A stretch of DNA of 64,000 nt from an uncultured Chloroflexia bacterium (lineage in GTDB: Bacteria > Chloroflexota > Limnocylindria > Limnocylindrales > CSP1-4). The stretch lies in NCBI GenBank assembly GCA_963828165.1, contig CAWHDR010000001.1, forward strand, positions 1,920,001 through 1,984,000. Direction: 5' to 3'. The notes under the pieces are model-generated. The model had not been told where the DNA came from. It saw only the letters and a list, made by a program, of their open reading frames with translations, and did no database searches. How positions within the stretch are numbered: position 1 is the first letter of the stretch; every line of letters starts with the position of its first letter. This document shows, in pieces, positions 56,095-64,000 of the stretch. Both the position numbers and the translations under genes were made by a program.

Positions 56095-57149
56095 CAGGTC
56101 CGGATCGAGGACTTCGGGGGATCCGGGCGATTCGGGCACTCGCAGAGCCCGGCCAGCGCCATGCCCAGCAGCGCGTGCGCATCGAAGCGCGGGACCCGTG
56201 GCGAGATCTTGAGGGTCTCGCACACCGCATTCGACCAGCGCCTGATGTCGCCACCCCAGCGCGCCGAGAAGGCGAGCGCGGCGCCCGTCCCGGACGTCTG
56301 CCACTGCGATCCCTTGCGCGCCTCCATCGACGGCGTCAGCACCATGTCGGTCGGATAGACGCCGCCGTACGTGTCCAGCGAATCGATGGCCTCCTCACGC
56401 GTCCAGGCGACCTCGAAGCCGGCGTCCCGCGCCCGCTCCGCACCCCACAGGATGTAGATGTGGTGGGCGAGGTCATTGACGATCGGCTGGCGCGCCGAGT
56501 ACGGCCAGCGCAGGCTCGCGTCATGCTGGGACGCGAGACGGACCAGGGATCCTTCGACTCGCTCGCGGAGGAACGCCGCGTCGGCCTCCGAGAGGGCGTC
56601 TCCGTGCTCGGTGAGGAACCGCGCAGCCGCCCCGGCAAGCATCCCGTTCACATTCGGCGTATCGATCGCGTCCTGGGGGGCGAGCGAGTACCAGAAGTAC
56701 CCGTCCGACCACGCCTCGCGAGCCCAGCGCATGAGGATCCGGCCGATCCGATCGGCCTCATCGGCATCGATGCCGGCCTCCAGCAGGCCGTCGATCGCGA
56801 TCGCGGTCGTGACGGCGAACGGCGTTCCAGCCTGGGTCATCGAGCCGTCGCTGAATGGATCCCACGTCCAATCCATCCCCCAGCCCGCGGGACGCTCGTC
56901 GTCCCGTAGCCAGGTGCGGGCGCGGTCCGCGGTCTCGGCGTCGCCGGCCGCAACGGCAGACTCCAGCACGAGCCCATAGGTCGTTGCGTATTCGAACTCG
57001 CCCGGACCGAAGATCGGGTCCTCGCTCGCCACCTGAACGACCGGCAACAGCTTGTCGTACGAATCAAGATCGCCGACGCGCGCGGCGACCTCGATCCCGA
57101 GCACCACGACGAGGAGCGGCGCGAGGATGACCGAGATGCGACGCATCAT
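56091..57149 (-). CDS. Exported hypothetical protein, possibly alpha/alpha-toroid glycan-active
   Basis: N-terminal signal/TM; GWGMDWTWD, FWYS, PNVN, WPYS, NDLAH; lies at the end of the polysaccharide cluster. Confidence 0.55.
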   Translation of the reverse strand: MMRRISVILAPLLVVVLGIEVAARVGDLDSYDKLLPVVQVASEDPIFGPGEFEYATTYGLVLESAVAAGDAETADRARTWLRDDERPAGWGMDWTWDPFSDGSMTQAGTPFAVTTAIAIDGLLEAGIDADEADRIGRILMRWAREAWSDGYFWYSLAPQDAIDTPNVNGMLAGAAARFLTEHGDALSEADAAFLRERVEGSLVRLASQHDASLRWPYSARQPIVNDLAHHIYILWGAERARDAGFEVAWTREEAIDSLDTYGGVYPTDMVLTPSMEARKGSQWQTSGTGAALAFSARWGGDIRRWSNAVCETLKISPRVPRFDAHALLGMALAGLCECPNRPDPPKSSIRTC

Positions 57150-57166
57150 CGGGCCGCGCCGCGGGG

Positions 57167-58474
57167 TCAGGACACCTGGACCGAGGCGGGATCCCGCGGG
57201 CGCCGACCGACGCCTCGATAGCTGAGACCGGCCTCGGTCGCGACCGATGGGTCGATGAGCCCCCGGCCGTCGAAGAGGAACGGCTGGCGCATCCGCATTC
57301 GGAGCTCACCCAGCGGGAGCTGCGCGAACTGTGGCCACTCGGTTCCGATGACGACGGCGTCCGCGTCCTCGAAGACGTCCGCAGCGCTCGTGGCGATGAC
57401 GATGCCGGGAGCGGCGGTGACCGCACGGTCCGGTCGCACGGCCGGGTCGAACGCGATGACCTCGTGCCCCTCCTCGAGCAGGCGACGGGCCACGTAGAGC
57501 GCCGGGGATCCCCGCAGGTCGTCCGTGTCGGCCTTGAAGCTGAGTCCGAGCAGCCCGACCCGGGCGCCCTCGTCGGGCAGCTCGCCGAGGATGCGCCGGA
57601 CGAAGCGGTCCTGCTGCTCGACGTTGACCTGCCCGATCGCGCGGGCGACATGCATCGGGAGTCCGCGTCGCCGGCCCGCCGATGCCAGGACCTGGAGTTC
57701 CTTGGGCAGGCACGATCCGCCGAAGCCGAGGCTCGGCTTCATGTACGAGGAGCCGATACGGGGATCGAGCGCGATTCCCTCGAGGACCTGCTCGACCTCG
57801 ACGCCGTACTCCTCGGACAGGGCCGCCACCTCGTTCACGAAGCTCAGCTTCAGCGCGAGGAAGCCATTGCTGACGTTCTTGATGAGCTCGGCCGCCGCGA
57901 CATCGACATGGAGTCGGGGTGCCTCGATGGGGGCGAACACGCGCTCGAGCAGCTCGAGGTGCTCGGCCGAGGTGCTGGGGAACCGCCCGATGATGATCCG
58001 CGACGGGTGCGCGTAGTCGGCGACGGCGGAACCCTGGCGCAGGAATTCGGGATTGGTCGAGAGGCGTTCTCCGTCGGCGCGACCCATCAGGCGCGGCAGC
58101 CGGTTCGACATGCCGGGCGGCAGGGTGCTGCGAACGCAGACGTGGACGTCCGGCCAACGCTGGAGCTCGGTCGTGACGGACAGCAGCTGGGTCAGGTCCG
58201 ATTCCCCGTTGTCGGCGATCGGCGTGCCGACGGCCACGAAGACGAGGTCGGGACGCTCGACCTGGTCGAGCGAGCTGACGACGTCGATGCGGTCCCTCGC
58301 CTCCGCGAACGCCTCGGGCAGGCCCGGCTCCTCGATGGGCATGATCCCCGCCCGAAGGTCGTGCAGACGGGAAGGAGATTGCTCGACGAGCGTCACGTGA
58401 TACTGACCGATGCGGGCGAGACTGACTCCGGTGACCAGCCCGACATAGCCCGCGCCGATGACGGCGATGTGCAT
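57167..58474 (-). CDS. ugd: UDP-glucose/GDP-mannose dehydrogenase
   Basis: IGAGYVG, AVGTP, NPEFLRQG, GFGGSCLPKE, GLSFKADTDDLR. Confidence 0.85.
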   Translation of the reverse strand: MHIAVIGAGYVGLVTGVSLARIGQYHVTLVEQSPSRLHDLRAGIMPIEEPGLPEAFAEARDRIDVVSSLDQVERPDLVFVAVGTPIADNGESDLTQLLSVTTELQRWPDVHVCVRSTLPPGMSNRLPRLMGRADGERLSTNPEFLRQGSAVADYAHPSRIIIGRFPSTSAEHLELLERVFAPIEAPRLHVDVAAAELIKNVSNGFLALKLSFVNEVAALSEEYGVEVEQVLEGIALDPRIGSSYMKPSLGFGGSCLPKELQVLASAGRRRGLPMHVARAIGQVNVEQQDRFVRRILGELPDEGARVGLLGLSFKADTDDLRGSPALYVARRLLEEGHEVIAFDPAVRPDRAVTAAPGIVIATSAADVFEDADAVVIGTEWPQFAQLPLGELRMRMRQPFLFDGRGLIDPSVATEAGLSYRGVGRRPRDPASVQVS

Positions 58475-58527
58475 GGCCGGGAATGTACCAGACTGCCGCC
58501 TCGGGGCCGTCCGGTGACCGCTTCCGG

Positions 58528-60999
58528 TCAAGTCCCGGCGGCGGCCACGGTTTCGGCCGGGACTTCGACATCCTCCGACACGCCGGCCAGCAGCGCGCTG
58601 TACAGGTCGACGAGGCGAGCCCCCTGGGGCTCCCAGCGATAGCGCTCGAGGACCGCCTGACGTCCGCGCCGGCCCATCGCGGCGGCGCGCTCCGGGTCGG
58701 CGAGGAGCTCCTCGATGGCGTCCGCCACCGCGATCGGGTCGGTCGGATCGGCCAGCAGGCCGCAGTCGACCTCGGCCACGATCTCGCGCCAGACCGGGAA
58801 ATCGGATGCGACCACCGGCAGCTCGCTCGCCATGTACTCGAAGAGCTTCGTGGGGTACGCCTCGACGTAGTTGGCCACCGGTTGGAACAGCACCATGCCC
58901 ACCCGGGCATCGTGCAGGAGGGCCACGACCTCCGTGCGACCCAGCCGGCCAGGCAGCTCCACCAGCACGGCCGACGTCCGGCGCGTGATCGTCTCGGCCA
59001 GCTCAGGTTCGATCGGTCCCGCGAGCGTGAACCGGACATCGCGCCGTGGGGCGACGATCCTGGCCGCGTCGGCCATCACGATCGCGCCCACCTCGCGGGT
59101 CAGGCGGCCGACGTACGCGACGAGCGGCGGGCGCTCCTCGTACGGCCGTGCCGGACCCGCCGCGAACTCGCTCGCCAGGGGGAAGTTCTGGACCAGCGTC
59201 ACCTTCCCAGCGGGGAAGCGCGCTGCGATCCGGGGCGTGGCCGCGACCACGGCATCGAGCAAACGAGCCGCGCCCTGCTCCAGCGCTCCTGTGGCGAGGG
59301 CCACGGGTCGCTGCGCCCAGCCCGGGATGTACGGTTTGTAGGCGATCTGGCGGGGGAGATCCTCGTGCGCGTCGTAGATGACGCGGAGACCGAGGAGCTT
59401 GAGCAGGATGCCGAGGGGCAGGAGCTCCGGGTCGTGCAGGTGATACAGGTCGGCACGAAGGCGGCGAGCGGCGCGCAGGACGCGGACCGGCATCACGAGC
59501 ATCCGGGTAAGCCGCCCGCTCGCCTCGCCCAGCGAGACGAAGTCGACACCGACCGCCGCGGCGGGGGCGGAGCCCTGCGCGATGAGCGTGACGTCGTACC
59601 CCGCCTCGGCAAGCGTGGCGCATTCCTTGAGATAGATCCGTGGATCGTCGCTGCGGTGCACCGACGTGACGTGGGCGACACGCAGCGCGCGATCGGGCCG
59701 GCCACGCAGGCGGGCGGCGGGCATCAGCCAGATCAGAAGGAGCATCAGCACGAGCCCGTGCGTCAGCAGGGATGTCAGCAGACCCGAGTTGATGAGGCTC
59801 CACATCCCGATCCCGCCCAGGGTGACCGTCAGGAGGGCGGGTTTGCCGCGCGAGACCGTGTCCATGGCGATGAGGAACAACCCCAGGGCGACGGAGGCTC
59901 CGACGATGCCAACGAGGCCGAAGTTCGCCATGCCATCCGCCCAGACATTGCCGTTCGCATTGACCTGGGCATCATGGAAATAGCGTTCACCGATGAGCCG
60001 CGGAGGCGTCAGCTCGTACGGCCTCGGCATGAGGCTGCCCAGGATGCTGTGGGACAGGGCGTACACAGGACCCGTCGAGAACGCGTCGTAGTAGTACGCC
60101 ATGACCTGCCCCGGGACGACCAGCAGCCGCCGGACCAGGAGCGAGATGGGCGTGAACAAGCCGGCGGCCGCGACGGCGGAACAGGCGACGATCAGCAGGC
60201 TCGTGAGGATGGCGATCGTCGCCCCGAAGTCGCGCCGGACGCGGACGATCAGGGCGAGCAGCACGATCACCAGCAGAGCGATGAACAGCATGCTCCGGAA
60301 CGCCGCCGAGGCGTAGACGAGGGCCAGGATGAAGAACCCGCCCATCGCGAACCACGGGCGCCGGACCCACAAGCCGTACGCGACCAGCAGCGGAGCCACG
60401 ACCCCGCCCGTCCACCACACCGCGTAGCCGGCCAGACGGCCGGCTCCGGCCAGATCCTCCCGGAAGTCGAGCCGCGCGCCCGGGACTTCGCTCAATGACG
60501 GGATCCGCGTGGGGATGCCGAACCACCACAGGATCCCGACGACGCCGATCCCCGCCAGCCCGAGGAGGAGCCAGCCGTACGCCCTGACCGACATGCTGAC
60601 GGTCGGAAGCCGCAGGTGGACACGGCTGACGAGGACGAGCAGCACCGCGAACGCCAGGCCGAGCGTCAACCACAGCGGAAGGAGCGCCCAACCCGTGCCC
60701 AGGACGAACGGCGCGATCATGAGCGACGGGACGTACCCGCCCAGATAGAGGACCCACAGCCCGGCATCGGAGGGGCGCTCGGCCCTCGCCGGAAGCCACG
60801 GAGCGGGCGCGACCGCGAGGGCAGCGGCGAGCAGCAGCGACCCGTCCCCGGCCAGTCGGTTGACGATGCCCATGCCCGTGAAGTTCGGTGCGATGTACAG
60901 GACGTAGGCGAGCAGGAAGACGATGAGATAGATGACCGCGACGCGAAGTCGCGCGATCGATGGTGTCGTCGCGAGGGCCTTTGCGGGCACGTTGACCAT
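58528..60999 (-). CDS. Fusion of polytopic Wzy-like membrane protein and GT4 glycosyltransferase
   Basis: About 440 aa with about 11 TMs (NANGNVWADGMANFG), then HVTSVH..DDPRI, HLHDPEL, YDAHED, PTKLFEYMA; one open frame from ATG 60999. Confidence 0.8.
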   Translation of the reverse strand: MVNVPAKALATTPSIARLRVAVIYLIVFLLAYVLYIAPNFTGMGIVNRLAGDGSLLLAAALAVAPAPWLPARAERPSDAGLWVLYLGGYVPSLMIAPFVLGTGWALLPLWLTLGLAFAVLLVLVSRVHLRLPTVSMSVRAYGWLLLGLAGIGVVGILWWFGIPTRIPSLSEVPGARLDFREDLAGAGRLAGYAVWWTGGVVAPLLVAYGLWVRRPWFAMGGFFILALVYASAAFRSMLFIALLVIVLLALIVRVRRDFGATIAILTSLLIVACSAVAAAGLFTPISLLVRRLLVVPGQVMAYYYDAFSTGPVYALSHSILGSLMPRPYELTPPRLIGERYFHDAQVNANGNVWADGMANFGLVGIVGASVALGLFLIAMDTVSRGKPALLTVTLGGIGMWSLINSGLLTSLLTHGLVLMLLLIWLMPAARLRGRPDRALRVAHVTSVHRSDDPRIYLKECATLAEAGYDVTLIAQGSAPAAAVGVDFVSLGEASGRLTRMLVMPVRVLRAARRLRADLYHLHDPELLPLGILLKLLGLRVIYDAHEDLPRQIAYKPYIPGWAQRPVALATGALEQGAARLLDAVVAATPRIAARFPAGKVTLVQNFPLASEFAAGPARPYEERPPLVAYVGRLTREVGAIVMADAARIVAPRRDVRFTLAGPIEPELAETITRRTSAVLVELPGRLGRTEVVALLHDARVGMVLFQPVANYVEAYPTKLFEYMASELPVVASDFPVWREIVAEVDCGLLADPTDPIAVADAIEELLADPERAAAMGRRGRQAVLERYRWEPQGARLVDLYSALLAGVSEDVEVPAETVAAAGT

Positions 61000-61046
61000 C
61001 GTCCCCACGAGGCTGCGGTCGAGCGTCTTGGTCGCGATGTCGGTCC

Positions 61047-62066
61047 CTAGCCCGTCGTCATCGATCGCTGGGCGGCTTCGAGGGTCCGAACCACCCGAAG
61101 CCCCGCGCGCCCATCCGATCGTGGTGTTTCCCCGGTCCTGATGCAGTCTACGAAATGCTGGCACTCGATCTTGAGCGGCTCGATGAAGTCGAGCTTTGGG
61201 ATGAGCACGTCCCCCGCCCGCAGCAGGAGCTGGAACTCGCCGAACGTGCGGTAGCTGCCGAGCGACGCCTCGGACTTGTCGACCAGGAGCTTGGTGACGC
61301 CGCGGTCGTAGACCGTGATCTTGGCGTCTGCGCTGACGTCGTCGTAGACGACCATCTTCTCGCTCCCGACGACCGTCATCCGGCGGACCTTGAGCGGGTC
61401 GAGCCAGCTGATGTGGACGTTCGCCCCCACCCCGCCCGGGAACCCCATCGTCATGAAGACGACGTCCTCGATCCCGGGCTGGACATACGAGAAGCCGCGC
61501 GCCGTGACCTCTGTCGGCTCCGCATCCAGCCAGTCGCACAGGATGGAGACGTCATGTGGCGCGAAGTTCCACAGGGCATTGACGTCGTGGCGGACCTGGC
61601 CGAGGTTCAGACGCTGGGAGTAGATGTAGTAGACCTCCCCCAGCTCGCCACTGTCGATGAGCTCCTTGACCCGGCGGACGGCGGGGTTGTAGACGAAGAC
61701 GTGGCCCACCATCAGCCGGAGGTCGCGCTCGTCGGCCAGGGCGATGAGGGCCTCGCAATCGGCACTCGTCGTGGCGAGCGGCTTCTCGACGAGGACGTGC
61801 TTCCCGGCCTCGAGCGCGGCCTTGGCCAGCGGGAAGTGCGTATCGACCGGGGTGGCGATCACGACCCCGTCGATCGTGTCGTCGGCGAGCACGTCGGCGA
61901 AGTCCGTCACCAGGCGGGGACCCGGCAGCTGGCGGGCCATCCGCTCCAGGCGGCCCCGGTCGGCGTCGCACAGCATCGCGAGCTCGCCGCCGTCCACGAG
62001 CGCCAGGTTTCGAGCGAGATTTGGCCCCCAGTAGCCCAGGCCGACCTGGGCGAGGCGGACGGTCAT
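61047..62066 (-). CDS. Gfo/Idh/MocA oxidoreductase
   Basis: GLGYWG, GKHVLVEKP, GHVFVYNP, NFAPHD. Confidence 0.9.
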   Translation of the reverse strand: MTVRLAQVGLGYWGPNLARNLALVDGGELAMLCDADRGRLERMARQLPGPRLVTDFADVLADDTIDGVVIATPVDTHFPLAKAALEAGKHVLVEKPLATTSADCEALIALADERDLRLMVGHVFVYNPAVRRVKELIDSGELGEVYYIYSQRLNLGQVRHDVNALWNFAPHDVSILCDWLDAEPTEVTARGFSYVQPGIEDVVFMTMGFPGGVGANVHISWLDPLKVRRMTVVGSEKMVVYDDVSADAKITVYDRGVTKLLVDKSEASLGSYRTFGEFQLLLRAGDVLIPKLDFIEPLKIECQHFVDCIRTGETPRSDGRAGLRVVRTLEAAQRSMTTG

Positions 62067-63163
62067 GCCGGGAACGCCCGGACCGCGTCCGCGACGTACC
62101 GCAGCGCGTCATCGGGCAGCTCCGGGTAGATGGGCAGCGACAGCACCTCGGCCGCGGCTCGCTCGGTGTGCGGCAGCGAGACGTCGCCGTAGCCGAGCGC
62201 AACGTACGCCGGCTGGCGGTGCAGCGGGATGGGGTAATGGATGCCGGCCATCACCTCGGCGGCCCTCAGATGCTCCAGGAGAGCATCGCGACGCTCGGAG
62301 CGCACGACGTAGAGGTGGTAGACGTGCCGGACACCGTCGCGCACCGTGGGGATGGCGACGTTCGCGCCGGACAGGAGCTCGTCGTAGCGGTCGGCGTGAC
62401 GGCGCCGGGCCTCGGTCCACGCCTCGAGGTGCGGCAGCTTCGCGCCGAGGATCGCGGCCTGCAGCGCATCGATCCGCTCGGCGTACCCGACCTCGACGTG
62501 CTCGTACTTCGTCGTCCGGCCGTGATCGCGCATGCGGCGGATGCGATCGAGCACGGCGGGGTCGTTGCCGGTGACCGCGCCGGCGTCGCCGTACGCGCCG
62601 AGGTTCTTGCCCGGGTAGAAGCTGAAGCAGGCGAGGTGGCCGATGCTGCCGCAGCGCCGACCGCCGACCTCCGCCCCGTGCGCCTGAGCGGCGTCCTCGA
62701 TGACCCACAGGCCCCGCCGCACCGCGATCTCCATGAGGGCATCGAGATCGGCGGGCTGACCGTAGAGATGCACGGGCATGATGGCGCGCGTCCGGTCGGT
62801 GATGAGGTCCTCGACGTGGGACGGGTCGACGTTGTACGTCATGGGGTCGATGTCGGCGAAGACCGGTCGTGCCCCGACATTCGTGATGGCCTCGGCCGTC
62901 GCGATGAACGTGTGGGCCGTCGTGATCACCTCGTCGCCCGGACCGATGTCCAGCGCCCGCAGGGAGAGCTCGAGCGCGGCCGTGCCGGAGCTCACCCCGA
63001 CCGCCCCGGCGGCCCCGACGTGCTGGGCCCAGGCCGCCTCGAACGCGCGCACCTCGTCGCCGAGGATGAAGCTGGTGTTGTCGAGGATGCGCTGGATCGC
63101 GCCATCGATCTCGCCCCGGATGGACTGGTACTGAGCGGCGAGGTCAACGAGCTCGACCCGCAT
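62063..63163 (-). CDS. DegT/DnrJ/EryC1/StrS sugar aminotransferase
   Basis: SSGTAAL, PVHLYG, EDAAQAHG, SFYPGKNLGAYGDAG. Confidence 0.93.
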   Translation of the reverse strand: MRVELVDLAAQYQSIRGEIDGAIQRILDNTSFILGDEVRAFEAAWAQHVGAAGAVGVSSGTAALELSLRALDIGPGDEVITTAHTFIATAEAITNVGARPVFADIDPMTYNVDPSHVEDLITDRTRAIMPVHLYGQPADLDALMEIAVRRGLWVIEDAAQAHGAEVGGRRCGSIGHLACFSFYPGKNLGAYGDAGAVTGNDPAVLDRIRRMRDHGRTTKYEHVEVGYAERIDALQAAILGAKLPHLEAWTEARRRHADRYDELLSGANVAIPTVRDGVRHVYHLYVVRSERRDALLEHLRAAEVMAGIHYPIPLHRQPAYVALGYGDVSLPHTERAAAEVLSLPIYPELPDDALRYVADAVRAFPA

Positions 63164-63186
63164 GCGTCTCCTTTCGTGGGCCGGCG

Positions 63187-63810
63187 TCAGCCCGCCCGAT
63201 ACTCCTCGATGTCGGTGACCTGGCGGACGATGCGGGCCGGGTTCCCGACCACGACCGCCCCGTCCGGGACGTCGTGGACGACCACGCTGCCGGCGCCCAC
63301 CAGGGCGTCCCGGCCGATGATCACACCCGGCAGCAGCGTCGCGTTGGCGCCGATCTTGGCGCCACGCCGCACGACCGGGCCGCGCAGGCTGGCCTTGGCA
63401 TCCCGGCCAAGCGGGTAGCGCGCATTCGTGAACGTGACGGACGGCCCGATCCAGGCGCCTTCCTCGATCACCGAGTACTCGGGGATGAAGGCGTTGGAGT
63501 GGACGCGCACCCGGTCCCCGATCTCGACGTGGTGCTCCACGATCGAATGGGTGCCGATGCTGACGTCGTCCCCGATCGTATTGGACTCGCGGATCATCGC
63601 GCCGTGTCCGGTCTGGAACCGGTCGCCGATGTTACTCGCGGGATACACGACCGTGTGGGAGCGGATGCGGGCCCCTCCTCCGATACGGAGCGGCGGCGCG
63701 TCGTCAGCAGCCGTACCCGAGCCGAGGACCACATAATCCTCGATGACCGAGTCGTCGCCAAGCTCGACGCGCGGATCCACGATCGCCGTCCGAGCGATGA
63801 TGATCGACAT
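63187..63810 (-). CDS. Hexapeptide-repeat sugar N-acetyltransferase
   Basis: Left-handed beta-helix repeats, IGPSVTFTN, IGANATLLPG, VGNPAR. Confidence 0.88.
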   Translation of the reverse strand: MSIIIARTAIVDPRVELGDDSVIEDYVVLGSGTAADDAPPLRIGGGARIRSHTVVYPASNIGDRFQTGHGAMIRESNTIGDDVSIGTHSIVEHHVEIGDRVRVHSNAFIPEYSVIEEGAWIGPSVTFTNARYPLGRDAKASLRGPVVRRGAKIGANATLLPGVIIGRDALVGAGSVVVHDVPDGAVVVGNPARIVRQVTDIEEYRAG

Positions 63811-63851
63811 GTCCCGCGCAGTCTAGCGTCGGGCGCCCGGTCGGCGCTCTG

Positions 63852-64000
63852 CTACACCCGTGGCTGACGCGCGGATCCCACGACGACCAGGCGATACAGG
63901 ACGACCAGGTACACGCCGTAGGCCAGGGCCTGGAGCCAGGCCAGCAGGCGGATCGTCTCGAAGGCGTCCAGGCCAGCGGCGCTCCCGCCAAGGATGCTGC
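63852..64000 (-). CDS. C-terminus of a membrane protein (possibly a polysaccharide flippase), partial
   Basis: Manual translation SILGGSAAGLDAFETIRLLAWLQALAYGVYLVVLYRLVVVGSARQPRV-stop; polysaccharide context. Confidence 0.45.
   Translation of the reverse strand, partial: SILGGSAAGLDAFETIRLLAWLQALAYGVYLVVLYRLVVVGSARQPRV

Noticed and set aside
61000-61539. N-terminal 180 aa of the 1003-aa ORF 58528..61539
   Set aside because: Overlaps the Gfo/Idh/MocA gene in another frame; the likely start is ATG 60999.

Overview
High-GC (visually about 70%) bacterial chromosome segment with densely packed genes. The gene content suggests a Chloroflexota-like or Actinobacteria-like monoderm; this is inference, not proven. 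No rRNA, tRNA, CRISPR array, transposase or phage gene was recognised. From left to right: a partial polyamine-type ABC ATPase with a divergent XRE-cupin regulator; a Pro/Thr-stalked C39-like peptidase; manC-pmm-cupin; a SWIM protein; a four-gene secreted/lipoprotein cluster; a cobalamin riboswitch followed by btuFCD-cobS-cobU-cobT-cobC; an arginase-family/aminotransferase divergon; a PT-repeat surface protein coupled to a membrane GAF-GGDEF-EAL protein; an FtsX/MacB-type ABC system; trpS-AI-2E-surE; an MFS transporter; hom-thrC-thrB; lysC-birA-ECF sigma-putative anti-sigma-accDA fusion-BCCP-like-accC; fabZ-phosphoesterase-fabF-accB-fabH-fabG; an LCP protein; and the end of a surface-polysaccharide cluster. 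The most striking signal is a second BCCP paralogue (47407..48033) between accDA and accC, in which the biotin-accepting Lys is replaced by Gly (DMLG versus EAMK). It resembles the non-biotinylated BADC proteins of plant plastids, while a canonical accB lies 4 kb downstream. Frameshifts near 9.4 kb and 19.9 kb suggest some consensus errors, so fusions and splits need read-level checks. All calls come from motif recognition by eye; no database searches were run.
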